A stretch of 64,000 nucleotides of DNA, taken from positions 768,001 to 832,000 of the forward strand of contig CBDCMT010000001.1 of NCBI GenBank assembly GCA_965219095.1, given 5' to 3'. Of the stretch, positions 32,158-43,855 are shown piece by piece. The notes under the pieces were generated by a model. The model did not search any database. It was given only the letters and a program-made list of their open reading frames with translations, and was not told where the DNA came from. The position numbers and the translations under genes are program-made. The stretch's first letter is position 1. Each line of letters opens with the position of its first letter. The DNA is from Bdellovibrionales bacterium (GTDB lineage: Bacteria; Bdellovibrionota; Bdellovibrionia; Bdellovibrionales; UBA1609).

Positions 32158-33201
32158 TTAAGATTTTTTATAAAAAGGCTTTAATTTTTGCAATATTTCA
32201 ATATTTTGTGATCCTGTGCAAAAAAGGGCTGTTTTAAGTTCTTGTTCTAATGTTTGCATTTTCTTTTCTAAAGACTCTTCGGAAATAAGAGCTTCTTTCA
32301 TCATAGGCTGAGCTATTCCTGCCATTTGAGCCCCTAAAGCTAGACATAAAGCTATATCTTTTCCATTTCTTATACCTCCTGAAGCCCAAATTTTATAATG
32401 AACAGAAAGTTTTGTGCTAGCTATCAGAGAGTCTTCTGTAAAAATACCCCAGTCTTTGAACGTTTCTGCTACTTTATAAAAAAGTTCATTTTCATTCCAA
32501 CGTTTTTGCTCAATCCTCCCCCAATGAGTTCCTCCATATCCGCTGACATCTACAGCATAAAGACCTATTTGATCAAGACGTGCTAAAGTTTCACCTGAAA
32601 AACCACAGCCTACTTCTTTTAAAACAACAGGAAGGTCTAAACTTTGGCAAAGCTTTTCTAAAGCTTTTAATCCTCCTTTAAAAAAAGGAGTTCCTTTTTT
32701 TTGAAGTGCTTCTTGTAGAGGGTTTGTGTGAACAATAAGGCCTTCTGCTTCTAGGGGGTCAAGAAGTATCTTTATGGCATCAATAGAACTTGTGATCACT
32801 TGAGAGAGTCCTAAATTGCCGAGTAACTTAGCTTTGGGGGCTTTTTTACGAACAAACTTCCATTCTTTAATTCCTTGTTTCGGATTGCTAAGTTCATGTC
32901 TTTGAGAGCCAACACCCATAAGCCATTTTCTTTTTTCACTTACCTTTGCAAGTCTTGTGTTAATGAGAAGAGCATCTTTGTGTCCTGCTGTCATGGAACT
33001 TATGAAGATAGGAGCTTTTAGCTTCAAATCTTTAAAGATGGTTTGTTCTATACTGACATCTTGAAAGTCTATTTCAGGGAGAGCTTCATGACGAAGCTCA
33101 TAAGAAAAAGGACTCTTATTTTTAAAAATAGTCTGATTTTCGTCTTGTAAGGATAGCCGAATATGGTCCTTTTTTTTTTGCTTAAAATTTTTTATAGACA
33201 T
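32158..33201 (-). CDS. fni: Type 2 isopentenyl-diphosphate delta-isomerase
   Basis: KKDHI, HEALPE, ISSMTAG, GVGSQR, HTNPLQE, KEVGCG, GGTHW and ASGGIRNG motifs; ATG at 33201 preferred. Confidence 0.92.
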   Translation of the reverse strand: MSIKNFKQKKKDHIRLSLQDENQTIFKNKSPFSYELRHEALPEIDFQDVSIEQTIFKDLKLKAPIFISSMTAGHKDALLINTRLAKVSEKRKWLMGVGSQRHELSNPKQGIKEWKFVRKKAPKAKLLGNLGLSQVITSSIDAIKILLDPLEAEGLIVHTNPLQEALQKKGTPFFKGGLKALEKLCQSLDLPVVLKEVGCGFSGETLARLDQIGLYAVDVSGYGGTHWGRIEQKRWNENELFYKVAETFKDWGIFTEDSLIASTKLSVHYKIWASGGIRNGKDIALCLALGAQMAGIAQPMMKEALISEESLEKKMQTLEQELKTALFCTGSQNIEILQKLKPFYKKS

Positions 33202-33766
33202 TTTTCTGCCTTTTCCGATTCGAGAATTGCTCCTATTCCACCTTTCAATCACCTTATACTTCATAGAAATTCTCATGACAAGTCCTAAATGAAATAATTT
33301 CTTCAATTGTAAATTTTTAACTCCTATACTGCAATTATTGCTATGCTTCTACAAAGATAGATAAGAACCTCCCCTATCACTTCATTAAATGATTTTATTG
33401 TTAAATGCGACCTCAAAAATCTTATAAGCTTGCTTAATAGGTAAGACCTTTGGTTTATGCTTTTTTAAAAAAGAAAACTTCATTTGTGTCCCTCCTCCTT
33501 TGAAAAAAAGCTGTGACTTTCTTTAACATCTCAATCAATAGCGTTTTTTTGTTCTAATTCCTTTTTAGTCTCCTGATCTCTTTTTGAAGTTTTTTTGTAA
33601 CTGTTCACTCTGAACTGTGAGTTTTTCTGTTAAGAGCTATAGTGATTGTCTCTAAAGAAGAATATTCGTAACTACTCACCTACATTGTTCAGTTATCCCT
33701 AACTTTAGACCTGTTTTAAGATAAAAGTCTTGCTCATATAGATTTTCTTTTAAATACTTTTTTCAA

Positions 33767-35176
33767 ATGACAATAAATAAGACCTCCATCAGAAATGAGA
33801 TTGAAAATATAAGAAGTGACTTTGATAAGTTTGCAAAGAAAGGTTCTATGCCTACTGAGATTTCTGTGATTGTTGAATCTCTCTTTAAGGTTGTGAACAT
33901 TCTGATTGTTGTGCTTTTAGAAAAACAGGTTCGAAAAAATTCCAGCAACAGCGGTCTTCCTCCTTCGCAAGATTTTAGTCGTCAAGGGAATCGTAATAAG
34001 AAGGCTAGGGAGAGTCAAAAAAAGGGCTCTAGGCTTATCAGTAAAGATACAAAACAGCGAGGAGACTGTCTCTCCCTCAGAGTGTTCTCAGTGTGGGATG
34101 TTTTTAAAGACAGCAGAGGTAAAAAGCCTTGAGAAGCGTAAAAAGATTGATATTTTTTATGAAATTCAGACCCATACTGTAACTTCTGAGGTTAAGGATT
34201 GTCCCTCATGTGGAGCTAGAAATAAAGGTCAATTCCCTAAAGGTATGAGTGGTCCTCTTCAGTATGGTATAGGCATTAGAGCTTCCATCATCAATTTCAT
34301 TATAGTTCAGATGCTGTCTTTTCAACGTGTTGGGGAACATTACATGGGGCTTATAGGTCGAATGATTTCTCCTGCAGTTATGTTGAGATACATTGCTGAA
34401 TTAGGAGAGTTTCTTAAAAGTTGGGAAGAGCAGATGAAAGAAAAGATACTTGAATCAGAGGTCATTCATGTTGATGAGACCTCTATGAGGGTTAAGGGTA
34501 AAAACTACTGGATTCATACTTATAGTTCAGGAGAATTAGTCTTGCAGTTTCTCCACCTTTCAGGTGGAAAGGAAGCCATAAAAGATATTGGTCTCTTGGA
34601 TAGATATGCAGGAGTGCTTGTGCATGATTGTTGGAGTCCTTACTTTTGTTATGATAAGATAACTCATGCTTTGTGTGTGGCTCACCTTTTGAGAGAGCTT
34701 AAATTTATAGAAGAAAGCAATGGATTCAAATGGGCTACAAATCTCAAAAAACTTCTTAAAGAGACTGTGGAGCTAGTTCATAAAAAAGAGTCAAGAGTTC
34801 TGACTCAAAAAGAGTACGAAACTCTTCAGAGAAGGTATAGGAGTATTCTTACAAAAGGCTTAAAAGAGCTTCCAGAATTTCCTAAAAAAAATGGCAAGAA
34901 AGGACGAATAAAGCATACACAAGCTCAAAACCTTTGGCTGCGATTTAAAAAGTATGAAGCAGAAATACTGTGCTTTGCTAAAAGAAAGAACGTAGATCCT
35001 ACTAATAACAGAGCTGAAAGAGATCTAAGAATGACTAAAGTGAAAAAGAAAGTGTCAGGGTGTTTCAGAACAGAAGAAATGGCGAAATATTTTTGTCGTA
35101 TTACCAGCTATGTTAAAACAATGAGAAATAGAGGGTATTCTTCTTTAGAAGCCATCTCTATGGCTTTAAATAAAAA
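33767..35176 (+). pseudogene. IS66 transposase, frameshifted near 34050, last codons displaced by IS481
   Basis: KNSSNSGLPPSQD, CPSCG, IHVDET, LVHD, LCVAHLLREL and TNNRAERDLR motifs split over two frames. Confidence 0.88.
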
Positions 35177-36390
35177 TGTAATAGACGTTATATGATCTGA
35201 CAGTTACCCTTTCTGGGTTGATAAAAAACTGTCTGTCAGTTTTCGTTCTGTTCAATCATCTTTTGCCTTACTTTTTGTTTTCCGTCAAGGAAAGTTTCCA
35301 TAGGTGTTCGACCACAACACATTTTTCCCTGATGAGTCCTCCTTTCATTATATTTTACAAGCCACAAGTCAAGGTCAGACTGCAACTCTTCTATGCTTTT
35401 GTACACTTTTTTTCTAAACTCCACTTGATAAAACTCCTCTAAAATTGTTCTATGAAATCTTTCACAGATGCCATTGGTTTGAGGATGTCTTGCCTTTGTT
35501 TTTGTGTGCTCTATATCATTGATAGCCAAATAAAGCTCATAATCGTGACGATCTTGAACTCCACAGAACTCTGTACCTCTATCTGTTAACATACGAAGCA
35601 GGGGCACATCATGGTCTTCAAAAAAAGGGAACACTCTATCATTGAGAAGGTCAGCTGCTGTGATAGGTGTTTTCGTTTTATAGAGCTTACAGAAAGCAAC
35701 TTTTGAGTAAGTGTCCACAAAGGTTTGTTGATAAAGACGTCCTACACCTTTCATAGTTCCCACATAAAAAGTGTCCTGTGAGCCTAAATAACCAGGATGA
35801 GCTGTCTCTACCTCTCCGCACTCTAAATCCTCTTGTTTCTTCTTCTCTAGGGCTTGTAACTGCTCCTCTGTGAAAACCAAGCCTTCCTCTGCAGACTTCT
35901 TTTCTAAAGCTTTCAAACGCTTTTTGAAAGTCTCTAAATTATTTCTCAGCCAGACCCCTCTAACTCCTGCAGGAGAAATAAAAATTCCTTTTTTCCTTAA
36001 CTCATTGGACGCTCTCAACTGTCCATAGGCAGGAAGTTCTATAGCGATCCTTAAACAAGCCTCTTCTGTCGTTTGATCAACTCTGTTTTTTAAATTAGGC
36101 TTTCTACGACTTTGCTCTCTTAATGATTCTAAACCTCCTTCCTCTTTGAGTGTCTTGTAACGATAAAATGTATCTCTTGAAAAGCCCATCACCTTACAAG
36201 CTTGAGATACATTGCCTAACTCTTCTGCTAATTGCAAAAGACCTACTTTTGATTTTATAATTCTTTCTTGATATGTCATTTTTGTTATCCTTTCTCCACC
36301 CTTTGGGGTGGTATTGTTTATTTAAAAGGGTAACCTCTTTTCATCTCTTTGACATTTCGAGACGTGTCAGATTAAGTTGCGACTATTACA
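35177..36390 (-). mobile_element. IS481-family IS, intact
   Basis: TIRs TGTAATAGACGTTATATGATCTGACA / TGTCAGATTAAGTTGCGACTATTACA; 8-bp duplication AATAAAAA. Confidence 0.95.
35236..36279 (-). CDS. IS481-family transposase
   Basis: LGNVSQACKVMG HTH; GSQDTF, LTDRGTEF, PQTNGICERFH and YNERRTH motifs. Confidence 0.95.
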   Translation of the reverse strand: MTYQERIIKSKVGLLQLAEELGNVSQACKVMGFSRDTFYRYKTLKEEGGLESLREQSRRKPNLKNRVDQTTEEACLRIAIELPAYGQLRASNELRKKGIFISPAGVRGVWLRNNLETFKKRLKALEKKSAEEGLVFTEEQLQALEKKKQEDLECGEVETAHPGYLGSQDTFYVGTMKGVGRLYQQTFVDTYSKVAFCKLYKTKTPITAADLLNDRVFPFFEDHDVPLLRMLTDRGTEFCGVQDRHDYELYLAINDIEHTKTKARHPQTNGICERFHRTILEEFYQVEFRKKVYKSIEELQSDLDLWLVKYNERRTHQGKMCCGRTPMETFLDGKQKVRQKMIEQNEN

Positions 36391-36691
36391 AATAAAAACT
36401 TACGAGAGTGAGCAGTTACGTTTTTTTAATATCTGGATTCAAGCTGGAAGAACTCTTCGCCTTGCTCCTCTATCTTTGTAAGTTAGAAAGAGAAGTTCCT
36501 AATTTTTTTGTAGTCTCAAAAGACCCTATCATTCCAGTTAACTCATAGCCTGTTGTTTGAATTCATCTGTAAACTTTTACTTGCTTTTTTTCAAGTAAAC
36601 TTTCTGAACATTTTAAGCAAAAATTCATGTTATAAGTTTTCTTGATAAATGCGTCATTTTAGTGATAATTTTAGTTGCATGAATCTCTTGA

Positions 36692-39010
36692 TTAATCTAA
36701 TCGGAATAAATGTCTTTTCAAGTAATAAGAGTTGATAGGACCCCAAGCTTCTTCCCAAGTTAAAGCATTGTACTTAAAATAAGAACGCATGATAGAGTTT
36801 TCTGTTCCACGAAAACTTTTACCTCCATTACAACCACCCCAGAGTTCCCCCTCATAGTCTTCAATGCTTGTCCTTGCCGTTTCTTCTGTTTCTTCTACTA
36901 TATTCTGATTCCTTTGAGAATAAAAAGGAACCTTTTCAGCATGAGTCCAAGGATTTAAAACGTCTTTATCAAAGCTAAAATCTAAAACTTTTTTAGGATC
37001 AGAAATGCCTTGCGTGTTGAAAGGATAAAATAGGCTTTCACTATTACTTTCATTTCTATGAACAACTTGAGAGATTATGGCTGTTGTGTTTTGAAGAGTT
37101 GTTTTTGAAAAATCTGATGTTTCATATTTTTCAAAGCAGTTGTTTTTAAAAGCATTACTTGTCTTTATGTTTAAATCTTCTGCAGTAGGTTCTGTATTAC
37201 TACTTCGTGTATGGTAGCTGTAGTATTCATCACTAAGATCTCCAAATACATGGCCGAATTCGTGTATTCCTGTAATAGCAAATAAATCTGGATGGATTCC
37301 CATAGACGCTACCCAGCCTCCGTAAAATTCAAAAGGAGGAAGATAGATAACACGAGGAGCTGGATGAATATTACCAGGTTTACTGGGAGCATAAGCCCCT
37401 TGTACACCATCAGAAACATAAATCACTAAATCAAATTTTTTAGATTTATTGTGAGTGTTTTTAAAAAAGTTTATGAATCGGTTTTGTGATCTTTCAATTT
37501 GTTCTTTGTGAAGACACCTGTCATCAGTTGTTCCTGTATTACTCTCACAATTAAGCTCATCATCATTGTACTTTTTGAGAGCTAAGGCATCAAAGTAATA
37601 ACGTCCTGCTGAAAAATCGATATAGTTTTTCAAACTCTCATCTTTTTGTTTAAATGCCAAAAATATTTCATCATTATTGTTAGTTTCAGAAATTTTTTTT
37701 ATGAAAAATTCTGATAAATCTCTTTTAACCTCTTCTTGTTTTTCAGAAGAAACATTCTCTTTGAAAAGAAATGTATTTGTATCGTCCGTACTGATTTTTC
37801 CAAATTGAATACGAAATTTATTTTTATGATCCTTGAAGACCTTAGTCTTAAACAAGGAAAAAGGACCTTCTCCAAAAAGGGAGTTTAATTTATAAGAGAT
37901 TTGTTCTTTAGAATGGTTTTCAAAAACAATGCCAATATCATATTTTTCATCATCAGGTCTTGAATAGTGTTTTTTTCCTAAGTAATATTTCATATGACCT
38001 TCTTCAGGCATGTTTAGAAGTTTATAATGAGAGGGCAAGGGGCTGTTGAAAAAATTGTGAAATTGAGAGTTATAATTTTGTTCAAGGAGGCTTTCTACTT
38101 TAGGCAACGAAGTAAAAGGCATAATATCTTTAAGTTCATGTCTTCCGTCAGCAATTTTAATCACTGTGGCTTTTTTACTTTTAAGGAAAGAGTGTTCTTC
38201 AGGCGAGAGTCTTCCCACAGATCTATCTTTTTCATTGTACACATACATCATATTTTCTAAATTAATATTCAAAAGCCTTGAGTAAGAAGGTTCTCCTAAG
38301 ATAGCTTGAAGTCTTCCTTGAGACAATAATGTCTGTTTTTCTTGTTCTCCTATATTCTCTGGAAGTTCATCGCAATCTTGTTCCTTAAAACTGACACCGT
38401 CTTCTTCAAATTCTCCTCCGCATCCTTCACGAAAAGCTTCTACTACATTTTGAGGCATATCAATTCGGCCTGCTTAGACAAGGATTTTATCAAAATGATT
38501 TCCATAGTGAACAAGAGTGTAGAGAGTTAGAAAGGACCCAAAAGAATGGGAGAGAAGATAAACAGCTTTTCCTTGTCCTTTAAAATGCTGGGTCACTTTG
38601 TAAAGGATAGCGGCAGATTTTAGACTGGCTTTTCTAGCATCTTCTACAGAAATGATCTGACTGCTATCGATAAGACGAGAGTCTAAGCAATCACTTTCAC
38701 CGACTGGAAGGGTTTGTGCTTGATGAACATAAACGACAGTAAAAAAAGAATGAAAGCCTTTAAAGTAATTCTTTTTTAAAGAAGAGAGTGGTCCTCCTTG
38801 AACGGCAAGGAGGACCACTTGGGTTTTTTCACTAAAGCCTTCGACTAGCTCGTAGTACTTTGAAGGAGCATCTAGGCTTTCAAGCATTTCTAAGGCTTTT
38901 TGTTCAGAATGGGATTTGAAAACTGAAACTTTGTCCTGACAACCAGTCAACATTAAAAAACTTAGAAATATTAAAGGTTTTTTTAGCAAGATAGGTTTCA
39001 TGTTTTGCAT
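36692..39010 (-). pseudogene. Lipoprotein fusion of an alpha/beta-hydrolase and an M64-like zinc peptidase, split by one in-frame TAA (38474-38476)
   Basis: Both ORF-track ORFs are in the same frame (KILV*AGRIDMPQ); LTGC lipobox, VQGGP, SHSFG, KDRSVG, GRH, HEFGHVFGDLSDEY and ENSIMR motifs. Confidence 0.78.
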
Positions 39011-39082
39011 GATTACTTGCTCGGTTAAAAGTAGACTAAAGTTAATAGGACTTTTGTCTTTTTTTTAACTTTGTTAGAGGTA

Positions 39083-39131
39083 GAAACATCCTCCTCAGTA
39101 GGAGTTAAGGGCTGTTAAGAAACCGACTTAC
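39083..39131. mobile_element. Solo GTAA-MITE end
   Basis: ...CCTCAGTAGGAGTTAAGGGCTGTTAAGAAACCGACTTAC. Confidence 0.75.
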
Positions 39132-39270
39132 AATGTTTCATAGTATTTGTTGTAAAGAACTTTTTTCTTGCTTGACTGCCTGGTCATCCATATGAGTATA
39201 AAAGTCAAAACTTGGGTTAATAAAGGGGAAACGTACCAATCACATAATGCGTTTACCAAAGAGGAATGAT

Positions 39271-40611
39271 TTAATATCTATAATTTTCAGATTTAAAAGG
39301 ACCCTTTTTAGGAATTTCCAAATACTCTGATTGTTTAGGAGTGAGTTCTGTGAGCTTGACTCCTAGTTGATCTAAATGAAGGTGAGCAACTTTTTCATCT
39401 AAGTGCTTAGGAAGACAATAAACCTTTCCTTTTTGGTAAAAATTTGTTTGTTGTTGATGATGTTTCCATAACTCCATTTGGGCTAAAACTTGGTTGGTAA
39501 AGGAGTTACTCATAACAAAGGAAGGATGTCCTGTGGCACAACCTAAATTTACAAGGCGACCTTTTGCTAAAACAAGTATTTCTTTTTTGTTAGCTAAGGT
39601 GTGGATATCTACTTGTGGTTTTATTTCTCGAACTTGAGAGTTTTTATTTAACCACTCCATATCGATTTCTACATCAAAATGGCCAATGTTGCACACAATG
39701 GCTCCTGACTTCATAGCTTCAAACTCTGATTTTGTGATTACATCACAACAGCCCGTAGCTGTTACAAAAATATTGGCTTCTTTGCAAGCTTCTTTCATGG
39801 TTGTGACTTCGTAACCTTCCATACTGGCTTGAAGAGCACAGATAGGATCAATTTCTGTTATTAAACCACGAGCTCCATAGGCTTTCATAGAATGAGCACA
39901 ACCTTTTCCCACATCTCCATAACCTGCAATAGCAACAACCTTTCCCGCAATCATCACATCTGTGGCACGTTTGATTCCATCGGCTAGGGATTCTTTGCAA
40001 CCATAGAGATTATCAAATTTTGATTTCGTTACAGAATCATTGACGTTGATGGCAGGAACTTTGAGAGCATTTTTTTTAGCTCTTTTATATAAATTATGAA
40101 CTCCTGTTGTGGTCTCTTCTGAAAGGCCTATGATTTTGTCTAATAGTTTTTTATAGTGCATTTCATGCATAAGGTTCGTCAGATCACCTCCATCATCTAA
40201 GATCAAATCAAAGCCCTCACTCCAACCCTCAATGGTTTGTTTTATGCACCAAAGGTATTCTTCCTCTGTTTCTCCTTTCCAAGCAAAAACAGGAACACCT
40301 CTTTCTGCCATAGCTACGGCCGCATGATCTTGAGTGGAATAAATGTTACAAGAACTCCACCTCGCTTCAGCTCCTAGTTCTATAAGTGTTTCGATAAGGA
40401 CAGCTGTTTGAATGGTCATATGAAGACAGCCTGTAATGCGAGCTCCTTTTAAGGGTTTTAGATTTCCATACTCTTTTCTTAAACTCATAAGCCCCGGCAT
40501 TTCTTGTTCTGCAATTTGGATTTCCTCTCTTCCCCAATGTGCCATCTTTTGAAATTTTTCTTCACTTTCCATAGCTTTTTGGCATACACGATAGTCTTTT
40601 TTGTTTTCCAT
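39271..40611 (-). CDS. ahcY: Adenosylhomocysteinase
   Basis: [42 protein letters not shown] and GHPSFVMS motifs. Confidence 0.97.
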   Translation of the reverse strand: MENKKDYRVCQKAMESEEKFQKMAHWGREEIQIAEQEMPGLMSLRKEYGNLKPLKGARITGCLHMTIQTAVLIETLIELGAEARWSSCNIYSTQDHAAVAMAERGVPVFAWKGETEEEYLWCIKQTIEGWSEGFDLILDDGGDLTNLMHEMHYKKLLDKIIGLSEETTTGVHNLYKRAKKNALKVPAINVNDSVTKSKFDNLYGCKESLADGIKRATDVMIAGKVVAIAGYGDVGKGCAHSMKAYGARGLITEIDPICALQASMEGYEVTTMKEACKEANIFVTATGCCDVITKSEFEAMKSGAIVCNIGHFDVEIDMEWLNKNSQVREIKPQVDIHTLANKKEILVLAKGRLVNLGCATGHPSFVMSNSFTNQVLAQMELWKHHQQQTNFYQKGKVYCLPKHLDEKVAHLHLDQLGVKLTELTPKQSEYLEIPKKGPFKSENYRY

Positions 40612-40665
40612 AAATCTCCTAGAAACTTTATTTGCTATACCACTTTATCTTATTTTATAAGAAAA

Positions 40666-41430
40666 TCAATCACAAGCAGTAAGGATTTCATAACCTGTGT
40701 TTGTGATTAAAATGGTATGTTCAAACTGAGCTGAAAGGCTTTGATCCGAGGTCTCATATTCTTTGATAGTAGAATCTTGTATAGGAAGTTCTAAAATGGG
40801 TTCTTGAGTTTCATTGATCATAGGCTCTACAGTAATACAAGTCCAAGGGATGAGAGGATCTCCTTTGCCTTTCTTGCCAAAAGAGGGAATAAAAGGATCT
40901 TGGTGAAATTTTTTACCAATCCCATGTCCTCCAATTTCTAAAACAGGAAAAAAACCCTTTCTTTTAACGTATTTTGAGATGGCAAAACCAATGTCTCCTG
41001 TCCTACCATGGGGTTTTATAGCTTCAATCCCTTTCCTCATAGCCTCATAAGCACAATCTTTTATTTTTTGAGCCTCTAAAGACACCTCGCCCACAAAGAA
41101 AGTATAGGAGGTATCTCCATAAAAGCCATCTTTCACACAAGTGATGTCAATGTTAATAATATCTCCCTTTTTTAAGACCTGATTCTTTCTAGGAATTCCA
41201 TGACAGATGCAGTGATTGACTGATGTACAAATGGACTTCGGAAAACCTTTGTAGTTAAGAGGAGCGGGTACAGCATTTTGGCTTACAATGTACTCATAGG
41301 CCATTTTATCAAGCTCTTCTGTAGTTATATTCTCTCTCACATAGCGACCTATGTGCTTTAATGTTTTCGCTGCCAAATGGCAGGATTTTTTCATTAAATC
41401 AATTTCCTGTGGGTTAAGAGGTGTCGGCAT
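40666..41430 (-). CDS. map: Type I methionine aminopeptidase
   Basis: GFPKSICTSVN, CHGIP, DGFYGD, GHGIG, TVEPMIN and AQFEHT motifs. Confidence 0.96.
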   Translation of the reverse strand: MPTPLNPQEIDLMKKSCHLAAKTLKHIGRYVRENITTEELDKMAYEYIVSQNAVPAPLNYKGFPKSICTSVNHCICHGIPRKNQVLKKGDIINIDITCVKDGFYGDTSYTFFVGEVSLEAQKIKDCAYEAMRKGIEAIKPHGRTGDIGFAISKYVKRKGFFPVLEIGGHGIGKKFHQDPFIPSFGKKGKGDPLIPWTCITVEPMINETQEPILELPIQDSTIKEYETSDQSLSAQFEHTILITNTGYEILTACD

Positions 41431-41497
41431 GATTGTCTTATATCAGATTTTTTAAAAAAAGAAAGCTCAAAAAAGACTTTCACCTATTGATTTTACC

Positions 41498-42614
41498 GTA
41501 ACTCGGTTATATGACCGCCCTATCTGAGCTTGAATTTCTTTTTCACCTTAGTCATTCTTAGATCTCTTTCAGCTCTGTTATTAGTAGGATCTACGTTCTT
41601 TCTTTTAGCAAAACACAGTATTTCTGCTTCATACTTTTTAAATCGCAGCCAAAGGTTTTGAGCTTGTGTATGCTTTATTCGTCCTTTCTTGCCATTTTTT
41701 TTAGGAAATTCTGGAAGCTCTTTTAAGCCTTTTGTAAGAATACTCCTATACCTTCTCTGAAGAGTTTCGTACTCTTTTTGAGTCAGAACTCTTGACTCTT
41801 TTTTATGAACTAGCTCCACAGTCTCTTTAAGAAGTTTTTTGAGATTTGTAGCCCATTTGAATCCATTGCTTTCTTCTATAAATTTAAGCTCTCTCAAAAG
41901 GTGAGCCACACACAAAGCATGAGTTATCTTATCATAACAAAAGTAAGGACTCCAACAATCATGCACAAGCACTCCTCCATATCTATCCAAGAGACCAATA
42001 TCTTTTATGGCTTCCCTTCCACCTGAAAGGTGGAGAAACTGCAAGACTAATTCTCCTGAACTATAAGTATGAATCCAGTAGTTTTTACCCTTAACCCTCA
42101 TAGAGGTCTCATCAACATGAATGACCTCTGATTCAAGTATCTTTTCTTTCATCTGCTCTTCCCAACTTTTAAGAAACTCTCCTAATTCAGCAATGTATCT
42201 CAACATAACTGCAGGAGAAATCATTCGACCTATAAGCCCCATGTAATGTTTGAACTTCCCCCAAAAAAGTGGACAGTTTTTTGGGGGAAGATCAGTTCCC
42301 CAACACGTTGAAAAGACAGCATCTGAACTATAATGAAATTGATGATGGAAGCTCTAATGCCTACACCATACTGAAGAGGACCACTCATACCTTTAGGAAA
42401 TTGACCTTTATTTCTAGCTCCACATGAGGGACAATTCTTAACCTCAGAAGTTACAGTATGGGTCTGAATTTCATAAAAAATATCAATCTTTTTACGCTTC
42501 TCAAGGCTTTTTACCTCTGCTGTCTTTAAAAACATCCCACACTGAGAACACTCTGAGGGAGAGACAGTCTCCTCACTGTTTGTATCTTTACTGTTATCAA
42601 GTCTAGAGCCCTTT
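41498..42614 (-). mobile_element. Truncated IS66 type A copy, interrupted by a 44-bp IS3 stub and capped by a variant GTAA end
   Basis: 41535-42614 matches ~34022-35050; GTAACTCGGTTATATGACCGCCCT at 41498 resembles the MITE end. Confidence 0.85.
42251..42294. mobile_element. 44-bp IS3 ends-only stub with intact target duplication
   Basis: TGAACTTCCCCCAAAAAAGTGGACAGTTTTTTGGGGGAAGATCA flanked by GTT/GTT; removal restores the IS66 sequence. Confidence 0.9.
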
Positions 42615-43002
42615 CTCTTTTACATAAAACATAGCCTTAAATCTCATTTCAGGATTTCCTTTGAAAAAAAAGCCGCTGCCTCTTTCAATATACCTACACT
42701 CCGCCTCTCATAGACCAGCTCCTTTTTTAACCTCTTTATTTCCTCCAATGCCGAAGCCAAGTCATGGGAAGCTTGTCTTTCTACTTCAGGCTTTAGAAAA
42801 CGCTTCCAAGAGCTTATCACTTGGAAATTTCTCAGTCCTAGCTTCTCTGAGGCTTCCTTTGCACCTATTTCCTCTGCCAATTCAATGGCTTGCTTTTTAA
42901 ACTCTTCCGAGTACTGTTTTACTTTTTCCATTCTTTCTTTTACCTCCATTTTATGGAGACTTTAAGAGAAAATTGACTGTCCGCAGAAACAGGGGAAGTT
43001 CA
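42608..43002 (-). mobile_element. IS3 left part (OrfA 42644-42949 intact, OrfB deleted)
   Basis: Matches 29106-29500; fused to IS66 at a GCCCTTT microhomology. Confidence 0.9.
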
Positions 43003-43210
43003 ATCCTTTAATTCTGAATACAACCACTATCGAAGTTGTAGTCTCTTCGATAGTCAATATCTTCTTACCTTTCAGAGTTTTTAAATAGGCACGAAGATTT
43101 CCAAGATCTGAAATCGTGTCCATAGTCTTAATATCTTTTGATTTGCCTGTCATCCTTGCAATGGCCATGTTACTTTGTGCCCAATCTACGGCTATATAGT
43201 GATCATACAT
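43003..43210 (-). pseudogene. IS110-family recombinase N-terminal fragment, truncated by IS3
   Basis: MYDHYIAVDWAQSNMAIA...ILTIEETT fits the RuvC-like DEDD N-terminus; AAAGGAGG RBS upstream. Confidence 0.7.
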
Positions 43211-43473
43211 TTTATTTTCCTCCTTTGTTGGTTTATTTATAAATAAAGTCTTGAAATCCTATTTTACATCTTTTTTTTGCTTTTTCCTTTTTTTCGAGTA
43301 AGCCTTCACAAAAATACAGGCTTAATCGAAAAAAAGGGAAAACACCCTTTGAGGCCTTAAAAACCAGGACAGCTAAAGGGTTTAGAATTTGTCTCGAAAA
43401 GCTCACCTCCTTCTGCAAGTACTTTAGGGTCACTATCATGGCTTAAACCAGTGACCTGTCTTTTTGATTTACC

Positions 43474-43498
43474 GTCGAATTAATTTCTGTAATTGGTA
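43474..43498. mobile_element. IS630 right-end stub
   Basis: GTCGAATTAATTTCTGTAATTGGTA followed by TTA. Confidence 0.75.
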
Positions 43499-43572
43499 TT
43501 AGAGGAGAAAAAGCGTGTTGTTTGTGGTATTGAGAAAGTTTTTAATGAGCTTTATGCTGAGTTAGGTTTTGT

Positions 43573-43642
43573 GTAAGTCGGTTTCTTAGCAGCCCTTGAC
43601 TCCTACGAGGAGGATATTTCTTAGATTTTAAAGGAGAAGTTT
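43573..43642. mobile_element. GTAA-MITE left fragment
   Basis: Matches 58140-58208. Confidence 0.78.
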
Positions 43643-43800
43643 AATGCTTTCTTAGATGTCCTCAGTTTAAAGTTCTTAGTTTCTGAATCAAAAACCCCTC
43701 TTTTTTTGATCAAAAATCCAAGATTCATAAAAAAGAGTTTTTTACTTTTTGTCATTATGACAACTAATGAAAACTCTCTCAAGAGTGTGTTATAGAAATA

Positions 43801-43832
43801 AAAACCCTCCCTCTATTTAAGGGAGAGCTTTT
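43801..43832 (-). terminator. Intrinsic terminator of the SWIB gene
   Basis: Minus strand CTCTCCCT-TAAATAG-AGGGAGGG followed by TTTTT. Confidence 0.65.
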
Positions 43833-43855
43833 GTTTTTCTTGGTTTAAATTCTTG

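Larger units (their letters stand above)
33668..36419 (+). mobile_element. IS66-family type A element with IS481 inserted near its right end
   Basis: Ends GTAACTACTCAC (33668) and GTGAGCAGTTAC (36419). Confidence 0.9.
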
